A DNA stretch of 62,320 nucleotides, counting the filler. It is 5 parts of 5 records of this genome, joined end to end, with 100 filler letters (N's around TTAATTAATTAA, not from the genome) between each part and the next. Parts side by side here need not be neighbours in the genome. Positions count along the whole stretch, not along the records: positions 39,232 to 55,433 come from SRR2962707_5388; positions 55,534 to 62,320 come from SRR2962707_5392; 3 more parts are not named here. The stretch is one strand, 5' to 3'. How positions within the stretch are numbered: position 1 is the first letter of the stretch; each line of letters opens with the position of its first letter. Under the pieces are notes generated by a model that made no database searches, had not been told where the DNA came from, and saw nothing but the letters and a program-made list of their open reading frames with translations. This document shows positions 50,313 through 59,800 of this stretch, in pieces. Position numbers and translations under genes: made by a program.

Positions 50313-51665
50313 ATGGCTCACGATCTCGCCGGGGAAGAGCATCCCGATGTGGCGCGCTGGCGTGCCAGCGGCACTTCCGCAGCAGAGGCAGCGCTTACAT
50401 CGGAAAGCCTGCGCGCGCTGATGCTCGATTGCGGCGCGGACGATTGCGGCTTCGTCGCCGTTTCCGATCCCGCCATCGCCGATCAGCAGGCATGGATTTC
50501 GGCTCTCCTGCCAAACGCGAAAACGCTCATCAGCTTCGTCGTCCGCATGAACCGCGACACGGTGCGCACCTCCGTCCGCTCCGTCGCGAATGAGGAATTC
50601 CACCAGACTTACGACGACGTGAACCATGTCGCCCGCAAAGCGGTGAGGCGATTGGAAGAGATGGGTTTCGGCGCGGTCAACCCCGCAGCCGCCTTCCCGA
50701 TGGAGGCACAGGCCTATCCGGCGGGGATGCGCGTCATCTCGCACAAGCCGATCGCAGAAGCCGCAGGGCTCGGCAAGATGGGGCTCCACCGCAATGTCAT
50801 TCATCCACGCTTCGGCAGCTTCATCCTGCTCGGCACCATCGTCATCGACCGCGAGGTAAGCGAACTCTCAGTGCCGCTCGACTATGCGCCCTGCCTCGAC
50901 TGCAAGCTCTGCGTCGCCGCCTGCCCGGTCGAAGCCATCGGCATGGATGGCTCGTTCAACTTCTCCGCCTGCTACACGCATAACTACCGCGAGTTCATGG
51001 GCGGCTTCGTCGACTGGGTGCATCAGGTCGTGGAATCGGAAGACGCCGACGACTACGACACGCGCGTGACACCCGGCGAAAGCGTTTCGATGTGGCAGAG
51101 CCTTTCCTTCAAGCCCGGCTACAAGGCCGCCTATTGCCTGAGTGTCTGCCCGGCAGGCTCGGACGTGCTGGGGCCATATATGGAAGACAAGGTCGAGTAC
51201 CGCAAGCGCATCCTCGATCCGCTGCTGGCGAAGCCGGAGACCGTTTATGTCCTGAAAAACTCGGATGCCGAAGAGAGCATCCCGAAGCGCCTGAAGACGA
51301 AGGAAGTGAAACTCGTCGACTACAATATTCCGTCCGACAATCCGTTCTCCTTCCTGTTCGGGCTCACGCTCACTTTCCAGCGCCGCAAGGCACGCGGCAT
51401 CGACGCGACGCTCGCGCTCACCATTTCCGATCACGGGCCGCTTCATACGACGGTGCGTATCCGTAATTCGAAGGTCGAAGTGGAGTTCAAGGCCCCGGAA
51501 ACCTCCGACGCCTCGCTCACGGTCGACTGGAAGACGCTGCAGGAGATTTTCCGCGACGGGCTTTCGCTCGCGGATGCGGCGGCCGGGCGCGGTGCGGTCC
51601 TTTCAGGCGATGCGGAAAAGGCACAAGCGATCCGCGACTGCTTCCCGGTCTACCGGGTGCGCTAG
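50313..51665 (+). CDS. QueG/reductive-dehalogenase-like Fe-S protein with a C-terminal SCP2-like domain
   Basis: GADDCGF, SHKPIAEAAGLGKMG..HPRFG, CLDCKLCVAACPVEAI and YCLSVCP; C-terminal DASLTVDWKTL..LSGD (SCP2-like). Confidence 0.8.
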   Translation: MAHDLAGEEHPDVARWRASGTSAAEAALTSESLRALMLDCGADDCGFVAVSDPAIADQQAWISALLPNAKTLISFVVRMNRDTVRTSVRSVANEEFHQTYDDVNHVARKAVRRLEEMGFGAVNPAAAFPMEAQAYPAGMRVISHKPIAEAAGLGKMGLHRNVIHPRFGSFILLGTIVIDREVSELSVPLDYAPCLDCKLCVAACPVEAIGMDGSFNFSACYTHNYREFMGGFVDWVHQVVESEDADDYDTRVTPGESVSMWQSLSFKPGYKAAYCLSVCPAGSDVLGPYMEDKVEYRKRILDPLLAKPETVYVLKNSDAEESIPKRLKTKEVKLVDYNIPSDNPFSFLFGLTLTFQRRKARGIDATLALTISDHGPLHTTVRIRNSKVEVEFKAPETSDASLTVDWKTLQEIFRDGLSLADAAAGRGAVLSGDAEKAQAIRDCFPVYRVR

Positions 51666-52096
51666 GTCTTCGCGATTAGCTGGTGGAGCGACTTCTTCAC
51701 GGAAGGCCAGTTCTGGCCGAGCGCGCCTTCTATTCCGTCTTGGGCCTCGCGCCAGAGCGGCAGCGCTTGGGTCAGCCGCTTCCGGCCCATCTTGGTGAGC
51801 TTCAACCCGAGCGAGCGGCCCTCGCCGCTCGGCGCACTCTCGATCAGCCCCTCGTCTTCCAGCAGCTTCACGTTGCGCACGAGGCTCGAGCGTTCAAGCG
51901 CCAGCATGTCGGCAAGCGCGGTGAGCGATTTTGCACTCCCCTCCTCGACCGCGATCAGCAGCGTGAATTGCGTGATCTTGAGGCCGGCGGGCTTCAGCGC
52001 CTTGTCATAGGCACGCGTCAGCTTGCGCGCCGCCATGCGCGTCCTGAGCGCCGCGCAATTCTCGCGCACTTCTTGCTCGGTCACTGTCAGGCTCAT
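51662..52096 (-). CDS. MarR-family regulator
   Basis: CAALRTRMAARKLTRAYDKALKPAGLKITQFTLL, LERSSLVRN and ALPLWREAQ. Confidence 0.92.
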   Translation of the reverse strand: MSLTVTEQEVRENCAALRTRMAARKLTRAYDKALKPAGLKITQFTLLIAVEEGSAKSLTALADMLALERSSLVRNVKLLEDEGLIESAPSGEGRSLGLKLTKMGRKRLTQALPLWREAQDGIEGALGQNWPSVKKSLHQLIAKT

Positions 52097-52112
52097 GCTT
52101 CACCCGCTTTCT

Positions 52113-52124
52113 GTGTAGATACAC
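52113..52124 (-). promoter_or_regulatory. Second copy of the putative MarR operator
   Basis: Reads GTGTATCTACAC on the minus strand, 16 nt before the MarR ATG; identical to 50274-50285. Confidence 0.7.
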
Positions 52125-52140
52125 ACTAGACATATGCGAA

Positions 52141-52163
52141 AGGCCGCGCAAGCAGCGCGGCCT
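52141..52163 (-). terminator. Hairpin after the LLM gene
   Basis: AGGCCGCGC-AAGCA-GCGCGGCCT. Confidence 0.5.
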
Positions 52164-52182
52164 CTCAACACGTTCCGGCGGA

Positions 52183-53433
52183 TTACTCCGCCGCGTTTGT
52201 GCTCTGGTTCACCTGCGCCTTTTTCACTGAGGCCTGCACCAGCGGGATCTCGTGGTCTTCCAGCGGCTTCATCCAGTTCTTGCGCTTCAGCGCGGCCTCG
52301 ATGTAAGGCGCGAGTTCCTTCTGCTTCTTCGCTTCGCGCGCCGCCGCTTCCTGCTTGAACTCAGGCATCACGTCGGACGCAAACAACTCCAGCGAGTCGC
52401 AGATGTCCGAATGCTTGTTGCGGCCGGCCTGCTGCATGAAGATGACCTGGTCGACGCCCGCATTCTGGAAGGCGCGGAGATGCGCGCGCATGTCGTCCGG
52501 CGTGCCGATGCCGGTCGCGATGGCGTCGGCGCGCTTGGCCGCGTCGATTACTTCCTGCGTGCGGTTGCCGCGCGCCTTGATGTAGTCGCCCCACATGTCG
52601 GTGCGGCCCGGCACCGTGTCGTGCGCGACAAGCGCGTTCAGCGCATAGCCGAAGAATTCGAAGCCTTCATGCCCGCGCCGGATCGCCTCTTCGCGGTCTT
52701 CGTGCAGCGAGAAGTTCGAGACCATGGCGATGTTCGCGTTCACGGTATGGCCGATGGGCTTGCACTCGTCCGACTTGATGATGCCGTAATAGATTTCCGA
52801 CCAGGCCTTGGCTTCTTCGGGATCGACGAAGGAGAAGGCCAGCGCGCCGACACCGAGCGACGCCGCCACGCGGATCGTGTCGCGATTGGTGCAGGCCATC
52901 CACATCGGCGGGTGCGGCTTCTGCACCGGCTTCGGCAGCACGTTGCGGCAGGGCATCGAGAAATATTTGCCCTCGAAACCCGGATAAGGGTCAAGCACCA
53001 GCATGTTCGCGATCTGCTCGCCCGCCTCGATCGCCATGGCGCGCTTTTCCTTGGCGGGAATGTGGAAGCCGCCGAGTTCGAGCCGCGTCGCGCCTTCGCC
53101 GATGCCGAATTCGACACGGCCCTTCGACATGATGTCGAGCGTCGCAAGGCCTTCCGCCGTCCGGGCCGGATGGTTGTAATTCGGTATCACCTGCCGGATG
53201 CCATGTCCGAGACGAATGTTCTTCGTCACCGACGCCGCCGCCGCGAGGAACACTTCCGGCGAGGACGAATGCGAATATTCGTCGAGGAAGTGATGCTCCA
53301 CTTCCCAGGCGTGATCGAAACCGAGCTTGTCCGCCAGCACGATCTGTTCCAGCGCCTCGTGGAACAGGCGCTGCTCGTCGCCATCGTTCCAGGGCTTGGG
53401 CAATTGCAGTTCGTAGAACACTCCGAATTTCAT
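52183..53433 (-). CDS. Luciferase-like (LLM) flavin-dependent oxidoreductase
   Basis: MKFGVFYELQ, WEVEHHF..SSPEVFL and PKPVQKPHPPMW. Confidence 0.93.
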   Translation of the reverse strand: MKFGVFYELQLPKPWNDGDEQRLFHEALEQIVLADKLGFDHAWEVEHHFLDEYSHSSSPEVFLAAAASVTKNIRLGHGIRQVIPNYNHPARTAEGLATLDIMSKGRVEFGIGEGATRLELGGFHIPAKEKRAMAIEAGEQIANMLVLDPYPGFEGKYFSMPCRNVLPKPVQKPHPPMWMACTNRDTIRVAASLGVGALAFSFVDPEEAKAWSEIYYGIIKSDECKPIGHTVNANIAMVSNFSLHEDREEAIRRGHEGFEFFGYALNALVAHDTVPGRTDMWGDYIKARGNRTQEVIDAAKRADAIATGIGTPDDMRAHLRAFQNAGVDQVIFMQQAGRNKHSDICDSLELFASDVMPEFKQEAAAREAKKQKELAPYIEAALKRKNWMKPLEDHEIPLVQASVKKAQVNQSTNAAE

Positions 53434-53582
53434 GGTCGACTCTCCCCGATTTTATTCTTTGCAGCCTCAAGCCGAAGCCAGGACCGCATTGTTATGAATA
53501 TCGATGGGAGAGAGTGTAGTCGGCAAATGCCGCCGTCGCGACCCCCGGGGGGACATCGCCGCGTCAGGCCGCCTTGCCGCGA

Positions 53583-53843
53583 TCAGTGCAGGCCCGCGCC
53601 GCTTCCCTGGTCGTGAACCACGCGCCGGGAAGCACGGAACGCCAGTTCCGCTCCGGCCGCCTCGCGCCGGCGTTCGTTCTTGTCGGTCTCGAGGATGCAG
53701 CGCAGGTCCTCGTCGGCAAACAGGCGCAGGTCGACCGGCCCCGTTGCCTCGATGGCGCGGCGCATCACGTCTTGCGTGTCGTAAAAAGACCTTCGTCTAC
53801 GCCGGCGGGTCGTGAGACGCCGCCACAGTTCCGATATGGACAT
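53583..53843 (-). CDS. Possible small hypothetical protein
   Basis: 86-aa ORF in an otherwise intergenic gap; no recognisable motif. Confidence 0.35.
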   Translation of the reverse strand: MSISELWRRLTTRRRRRRSFYDTQDVMRRAIEATGPVDLRLFADEDLRCILETDKNERRREAAGAELAFRASRRVVHDQGSGAGLH

Positions 53844-54160
53844 TGTTCACCGGCCTTTTGCGGATACTTTCAGCATCCCTTCGCGCTCCGGCGTTTCGAC
53901 CCCGCCGCCGGACTTTGCGAAAACACAGTTCCGGCTCTTTGTTTGTCGAATAGAAACCGAGATTATATCAACCTCCGTTGCGACGCCATGCTCAACTCAC
54001 ACAAGGTAATCATTTCGTTGGACGATAGTGTGACGCAATCAGGGAGACGACCGCGATTGTCGCCACATTGACCGGAAACGGGACGCCGAAAACGGCATAA
54101 TGGACGGCGCTTCGCCCATGCGGATAGTCTCTCGCCGGCAGGCGATCCTTGGGGGCTTTC

Positions 54161-55117
54161 ATGACACATCTACTACAGGTAGCGCATCGCGGCGGTGCGG
54201 GACTCTGGCCGGAAAACACGATGGCCGCCTTCACCCGCGCCATCGAGGCGGGCGCGGACGGCATCGAGCTCGATGTTCATCTCACGAAGGACGGCAGGCT
54301 CGCGGTGCATCACGACGAGAGCCTGAAACCCGCCATCGCGCGAGGTCCGGACGGCACATGGCTCGCCCGCCCGACGCCGCGCCTCAAGGATCTCACCTTT
54401 GAGGAACTCCAGGCCTACGACATCGGCCGCCTCCGTCCCGATGCCCGCTATGCCGCGCGCTACCCTGAACAGACCCCCGCCGATGGCGAGCGCATCCCGC
54501 TCCTTGCCGATGTCTATGGCCTTGTGAAGAACCGTGCGAAGCCCGGCTTCCGGCTCTATGTGGAACTGAAAACGGCGCTGCTCGATCTCTCGCAATCGGC
54601 CGACCCGGTGGAACTGGCGGACGCCGCCGTCGCGCTCACCCGCGAGCATGGGCTGGAAGAGACCGTCACCTTCGTCTCGTTCGACTGGCGCGCGCTCGCC
54701 CGGGCAAAGAAAATCGCACCCGAGATCCTCAACGCCTTCACGACGCTGCCTTTTTTTCAGATCGACCCGGCTGCCCCCTCCGCCGCCCGCGACAAGCCGG
54801 GCTCGGACGACGAAGCGATCCGCCGCGCCTCGGCCGAAGGTGCACCCTGGGCGGCGGGCTATGACTGGCGGAACGCGGAAGGCGCAACCTTCTCCGAGCG
54901 GATGCTGCGCGCTATCGCCGCCGCGCCGGCCGATGGCTGGTTCTCGTGGCATGGCGACGTCACGCCCGAAACCGCCGCGCTGGCGCGCGAGCTCGGCCTC
55001 GCCGTCTCGTGCTGGACGGTGGACGAAGAAGCGGAGATGAAGCGGCTTGCCGCGCTCGGCGTCGAGGCGATCCTGACCGACCGGCCGGACCGGCTCGCAA
55101 AAACCCTCGCGCCATGA
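54161..55117 (+). CDS. Glycerophosphodiester phosphodiesterase
   Basis: AHRGG..PENTMAAF, IELDVHLTKDG..HHD and WTVD..ILTDRP. Confidence 0.93.
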   Translation: MTHLLQVAHRGGAGLWPENTMAAFTRAIEAGADGIELDVHLTKDGRLAVHHDESLKPAIARGPDGTWLARPTPRLKDLTFEELQAYDIGRLRPDARYAARYPEQTPADGERIPLLADVYGLVKNRAKPGFRLYVELKTALLDLSQSADPVELADAAVALTREHGLEETVTFVSFDWRALARAKKIAPEILNAFTTLPFFQIDPAAPSAARDKPGSDDEAIRRASAEGAPWAAGYDWRNAEGATFSERMLRAIAAAPADGWFSWHGDVTPETAALARELGLAVSCWTVDEEAEMKRLAALGVEAILTDRPDRLAKTLAP

Positions 55118-55149
55118 AAAAGGCCCGGTCGCAAAACCGGGCCTTCCTT
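55117..55149. terminator. Hairpin terminator between the convergent GDPD and infC genes
   Basis: AAAAAGGCCCGGT-CGCAAA-ACCGGGCCTT. Confidence 0.7.
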
Positions 55150-55171
55150 CTTCGTCTCGCAGGTGGCGGCC

Positions 55172-55433
55172 TCAGCGCGGCGCCAGCACCATGATCATCT
55201 GACGGCCTTCGAGGCGGGGGTAGAGTTCGACCTTGGCGATCTCGTCCACCTGTTCCTTGACCTTGTTCAGGAGCTGCATGCCGAGTTCCTGATGCGCCAT
55301 TTCGCGGCCACGGAAGCGAAGCGTGACCTTCACCTTGTCGCCTTCCTCGAAGAAGCGGAGCATGGAGCGCATCTTCACATCGTAGTCATGCACGTCGATG
55401 TTCGGGCGCATCTTGATTTCCTTGACCTCGACG
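55172..55433 (-). CDS. infC: Translation initiation factor IF-3, 3' part
   Basis: [29 protein letters not shown]. Confidence 0.96.
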
Positions 55434-55533
55434 NNNNNNNNNNNNNNNNNNNNNNNNNNNNNNNNNNNNNNNNNNNNTTAATTAATTAANNNNNNNNNNN
55501 NNNNNNNNNNNNNNNNNNNNNNNNNNNNNNNNN
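55434..55533. other. Artificial contig linker
   Basis: N44-TTAATTAATTAA-N44. Confidence 0.99.
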
Positions 55534-55534
55534 T

Positions 55535-56491
55535 TCTTCTTCTTCTTCTTCTTCTACTTCTTCGTCTTCCGGTGCGGATCAGTGCTTCTCCGACGAGGCC
55601 ACTATCCGCGAAATAAAGCTGCAGATTGAGCGCACTCGGAGAGAAAAGGCCCGGCTGGAGCAGGAGATTCTCAAGGGAGACCTTGCTCACGTGGAGCGCA
55701 AGCAGCGCATTCGGGAGGAAGAGGCGGCTGCGGCTGCTGCGCAGGAGAAAGCCGCTGCTGAGCGGGCCGCAGCGGTGGCTTCTGGAACGCCGGAAGAAAA
55801 AGAGGCAGCTGCAAAGGCAGCTGCAGAGCAGGTGCGCAAGGACGCGGAGGCTCTCAAGGAACAAAACGATGGCGATGGGATGTGGAAGCCACCGCTGAAC
55901 TGCGTGCCCATCTGTGGAGACGTGCGGAGCATCGACTTTGACAAGCTCTGCGCGAGCCAGATCGCTGCTCGTGGCCGCCTATTTGACGTCATCACGATGG
56001 ACCCTCCGTGGCAGCTGGCGTCGGCCAACCCGACACGCGGCGTGGCGCTCGGGTATTCGCAGCTGGGTGACTCGCTCATTGAGCAGATTCCAGTTGGCAA
56101 GTTGCAGACCGACGGGTTTCTGTTCATGTGGGTCATCAATGCAAAGTACAAAATGGCGCTGGGGTTGCTCAAGGCCTGGGGCTACGAGTTCGTGGACGAA
56201 CTCACGTGGGTCAAGCAGACCGTGAACTATCGGGTGGCAAAGAGCCATGGGTTCTACCTGCAGCATGCGAAAGAAACCTGCTTCGTTGGGCGTAAAGGGA
56301 AACTTCCGCCTGGATTTAAAGGAAACATAGGAAGCGACGTGATCTGGAGCCTGCGGCGCGGCCAGAGTCAGAAACCAGAGGAACAATACACGCTCATGGA
56401 AGAGCTTGTCCCGAACGGTTCGTACCTGGAGATATTCGGCCGCCGCAACAACTTGCGGAATGGGTGGGTGACCATTGGCAACGAACTGTAG
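55535..56491 (+). CDS. AMT1: MT-A70-family DNA N6-adenine methyltransferase, AMT1/MTA1 clade; 5'-truncated
   Basis: DPPWQLASANPTRGVALGY, LFMWVINAKY, HGFYLQHAKE, RRGQSQKPEE and LEIFGRRNNL..IGNEL. The frame is open to the contig edge through a (TCT)n poly-Ser run and a coiled coil. Confidence 0.88.
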   Translation, partial: SSSSSSSTSSSSGADQCFSDEATIREIKLQIERTRREKARLEQEILKGDLAHVERKQRIREEEAAAAAAQEKAAAERAAAVASGTPEEKEAAAKAAAEQVRKDAEALKEQNDGDGMWKPPLNCVPICGDVRSIDFDKLCASQIAARGRLFDVITMDPPWQLASANPTRGVALGYSQLGDSLIEQIPVGKLQTDGFLFMWVINAKYKMALGLLKAWGYEFVDELTWVKQTVNYRVAKSHGFYLQHAKETCFVGRKGKLPPGFKGNIGSDVIWSLRRGQSQKPEEQYTLMEELVPNGSYLEIFGRRNNLRNGWVTIGNEL

Positions 56492-56836
56492 CAATCTGAG
56501 AGGGGAAACGAAGGCGGGCGATATTGTGATGGGATGCAGGCAGTATCGCGGCAACAACGGTGGCATTTTGTGGCATTTCCTGTACGCTGCACGGCGGCCA
56601 GCCGACCAGCTAGTCGGGCTTGTTTCTGCCTGTGGCGCATGGGGGTGTGCGCATCGGTGTGTGCGCCAACGGATGCGGGGTTGATTTTGGTGTCGATGGT
56701 GTTCGTTGTGTTTATTGATTAAAGATTGTCAGAAAAAAAATATTTGTTTGGGGCTTACTACATACATGCACAGTTTGGCTTCCGGGCGCGACAGCGTTGG
56801 GCTATCCTGCGTCATCGTCCCGGATGCCCGAGGTTC

Positions 56837-59800
56837 TTAGTCAGAGAATTCATCCTCGACATCACTGCCAATTTCACTGCCGATTTCACTGCCAATGTCA
56901 CTACCAATTTCCTCCCCAATCCCTTCTTCCTCCGCGTCATCGCCAACATCCCCTGATTTCCCTTCATCACCGCCGGCGTCCTTGGCCTCGTCACGGTCCT
57001 TCAACTCGTCACGACCATTGGCCTTATACACTTCGTTGAGCATTGAACGCTCGATGTACAGCGTGACATCCAAGCGCCACCGTGTTTCCATAGAATGCAC
57101 GGCGCGCATGGCGGCCTCCGCTTTGTTCGACGCCATGTGTGTCTTCACCAGCAGAGCAAAGACGTCGCCCACACGCACAGCGGCCTCGACATTTGGGTGC
57201 TTGAGTAGCTTTTCGCAAGCGACCTCCACCTCGTCCACCTTTTTTTCCTCGGCAAGAGCCTGAATTTTTGTGAACTCTTCGACGACCTCGATACGGGCAT
57301 TGAGTGCCTTCATCTGAGCGTAGCAAATGTACACAGAGACACACGCATGCCGGTTAAATAAAAACCACGGAAGTGTAAATTGGCCAAATCGTGCGAAGCC
57401 AACTCGTTGCAGAAGGAGGCAACGTAGCGCACCTGGCCTTCGACATCCTTTTTCGCCTTTTCTTTCTTCAAGAACTTCACCGCATTCTTCAGATACTTCA
57501 GCGACCGCTTGTAATCGGACAGCTCATCCATCATTGTCATGGCCATCGAATCGAAGAAGGACCCAAGTTGCCTGAAAGCGCGCGCTTTGTAGTAGCAGTT
57601 GATGATGGCCTTGACAGTGTCGTCTTGCTCGTGCACATTCTCGAGGTTGCTCAGATAGTTAGCCGCGAGAATGTACACTTCCTTCAGGCGCGCTACGTTG
57701 GCGAAGAATATGATGCGCTCGGTGTCGCCGCTCATCAGCAGCGACTTCATAGCCTTCAGCTTCTCCCCCGCCTGCGTGTATTTCTTGGCAGCCAAATGGA
57801 AACTGTTTTGCTTCTTGCACGTCGACGCAATTTTAAGTAGCAGCTCTTTCCGCGCTGCATTGAGCTCCTTGTCATCCACGGTTGAGCCTTTTTTCTTCTC
57901 CATGGTCATGCCTTCAACCATGCTTTCTGTCAGAATGACCTTGTGCTCCAGTGCCAACTCCATAGCGTCGTCGTAATTTTTGGACGAGATGGCCAACTCG
58001 ACGGCCTTGTCGTACTGTTGATTCTCAATGAAAAAGTCTGCACACCGACGGAAGACGGCAGGGTCCGTGTTCTCGTCCATAGTCATGGCGATCTCAGCCA
58101 GCTGTCCGAACTTGGAGTGCGCGAAGCACAAATGCAGTGCGTGGTCGGTGGCCTTGCCCTGTCAGCGATATCCATGCCAACGAAACAACGAAAGTCGAGC
58201 CAAGGCTTAGGTCGGGCACGGACCCTTCATGAGCAGGTTGGAAATGCTCCATCAAGTACGCGCACGCAAAGCACAGCACACAACGTACCTGACGGTAAAG
58301 AGAGATAGCCTTGTCCATGTCGCCACGTTGCTCAAAGTAGCGTGCGGCAATTTTCACAACCGGTGGATCCGGGCACTGCATCGCCAGCTGCATGATGTCG
58401 ATGTCGAACTCGTTGGCAATCGCAAGGCGGATGGCATGGTTGTAGCGTCCCGCTTTCACATACATGTCAATGGCTTCTTTCACCTTCTCTTCGCCGACAC
58501 CCTCGTATTCGCGTGCCAAGTGGTACGCCAGAGGGCGCTGCATGCCGTCCGGGTCAGCGTTCTTCACCAGCTTTTCCGCCTTCTTCCACTCTTGACTAAA
58601 GCAGCGAATCCTCATCATGGCCATTGAGTCTCCAGCGTGCTGGTAAAACTCGAATGCCGCCTTGATATCTTGGTCACTCTCCAAATACTGACCCCACCAT
58701 CGCAGAAGCTTGATCTCCTGCGTTTCCCGAATGTACTCCTCCAATTCGTTGGTTTTGTTGGCATTGTACATCATGCGCGGAACTTCGGCTGTGTGTGTTT
58801 TGCTCAGTTCGTACTGCCGGATGGCTTTTGAGTACTGCCCAAGGCTTTCAAGATGGCGCGCGTACTTGTAATGTGTTGTACGAAGGTGAATGCGGTCCTT
58901 TCGATTTGCCACTTCGATGGCCTTCTCCCACTGCCCAGACGCCTGCGCACAGCCAAGGAATTTGCTCAGATTTTCGCGGAGTGCGCGAGAGAAGCACTTG
59001 TGAAAGCAGTTGGTTGATATGCAACGGGGCATACCTGGTAGAGCTTGTTCAAGAGGTCAAAGCGTTTCGCGTTCTTGTACAATTTCTCCGCCTCAGTCAG
59101 GAGACCCAGTTGAATTGCAACCATCGCGATAGCAACATCGAGGTTCCCTGGCTCGGCCAATTTTGTCTCTCGCACCATTTTCGCGCCGCGAGCATTCTTC
59201 ATGTTTCCAAGGCACACCTCCGCGACATCAAGGCGCTTCGTCTTGACGCAAACTTGCAGCATATTCTCCCACACCTCCGGACTTTCAATGGCCTTGACTG
59301 CCGAGTAGGCAAGGTCCATGTTGCCGATCGTCAAAAAGTAACTGAATTCGATAAGTGCGCTGCGGGTCTTGTCATCCACCGTATCGAGGCCTGCAGTGCG
59401 AGGAGGGTGCCAGTGTGAGCGAGCATAGGCACGTTTTGCCCAAGCAACGCAATGGAGGGAGTACAAAAAAGAGACTGTGCGAGGACGTACCAACGAAGTC
59501 CTTCATCATTCGGCTTTTAAGGCGCACCACGCCATCTGCACTCTGGGAACTTTGGGCAAAGTAAATGTAGGGCACGCACATGCTTGCAAGAGCGAGCTTG
59601 TCGCTGTTAAATGAGAATGAGTCCTGCAACAGCACTCCGTGCGAATCCGTGGCGAAAAGAGTGGCGAGTGTGGAGCGATCGTCGTCATCCACGACTGACT
59701 CATCTTCAACAGAGAGCAGAGCATCATCCGAGTCCTTGCCGGCACCGCCATTTTTGTCGTTTTTTGAGGGAGGACGGTATCCGTGAACCTGGTCAACGTT

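Noticed and set aside
16119-55533. Apparent bacteria-eukaryote junctions and the repeated TTAATTAATTAA motif
   Set aside because: These are identical N-padded linkers used to concatenate contigs; adjacency across them has no biological meaning.
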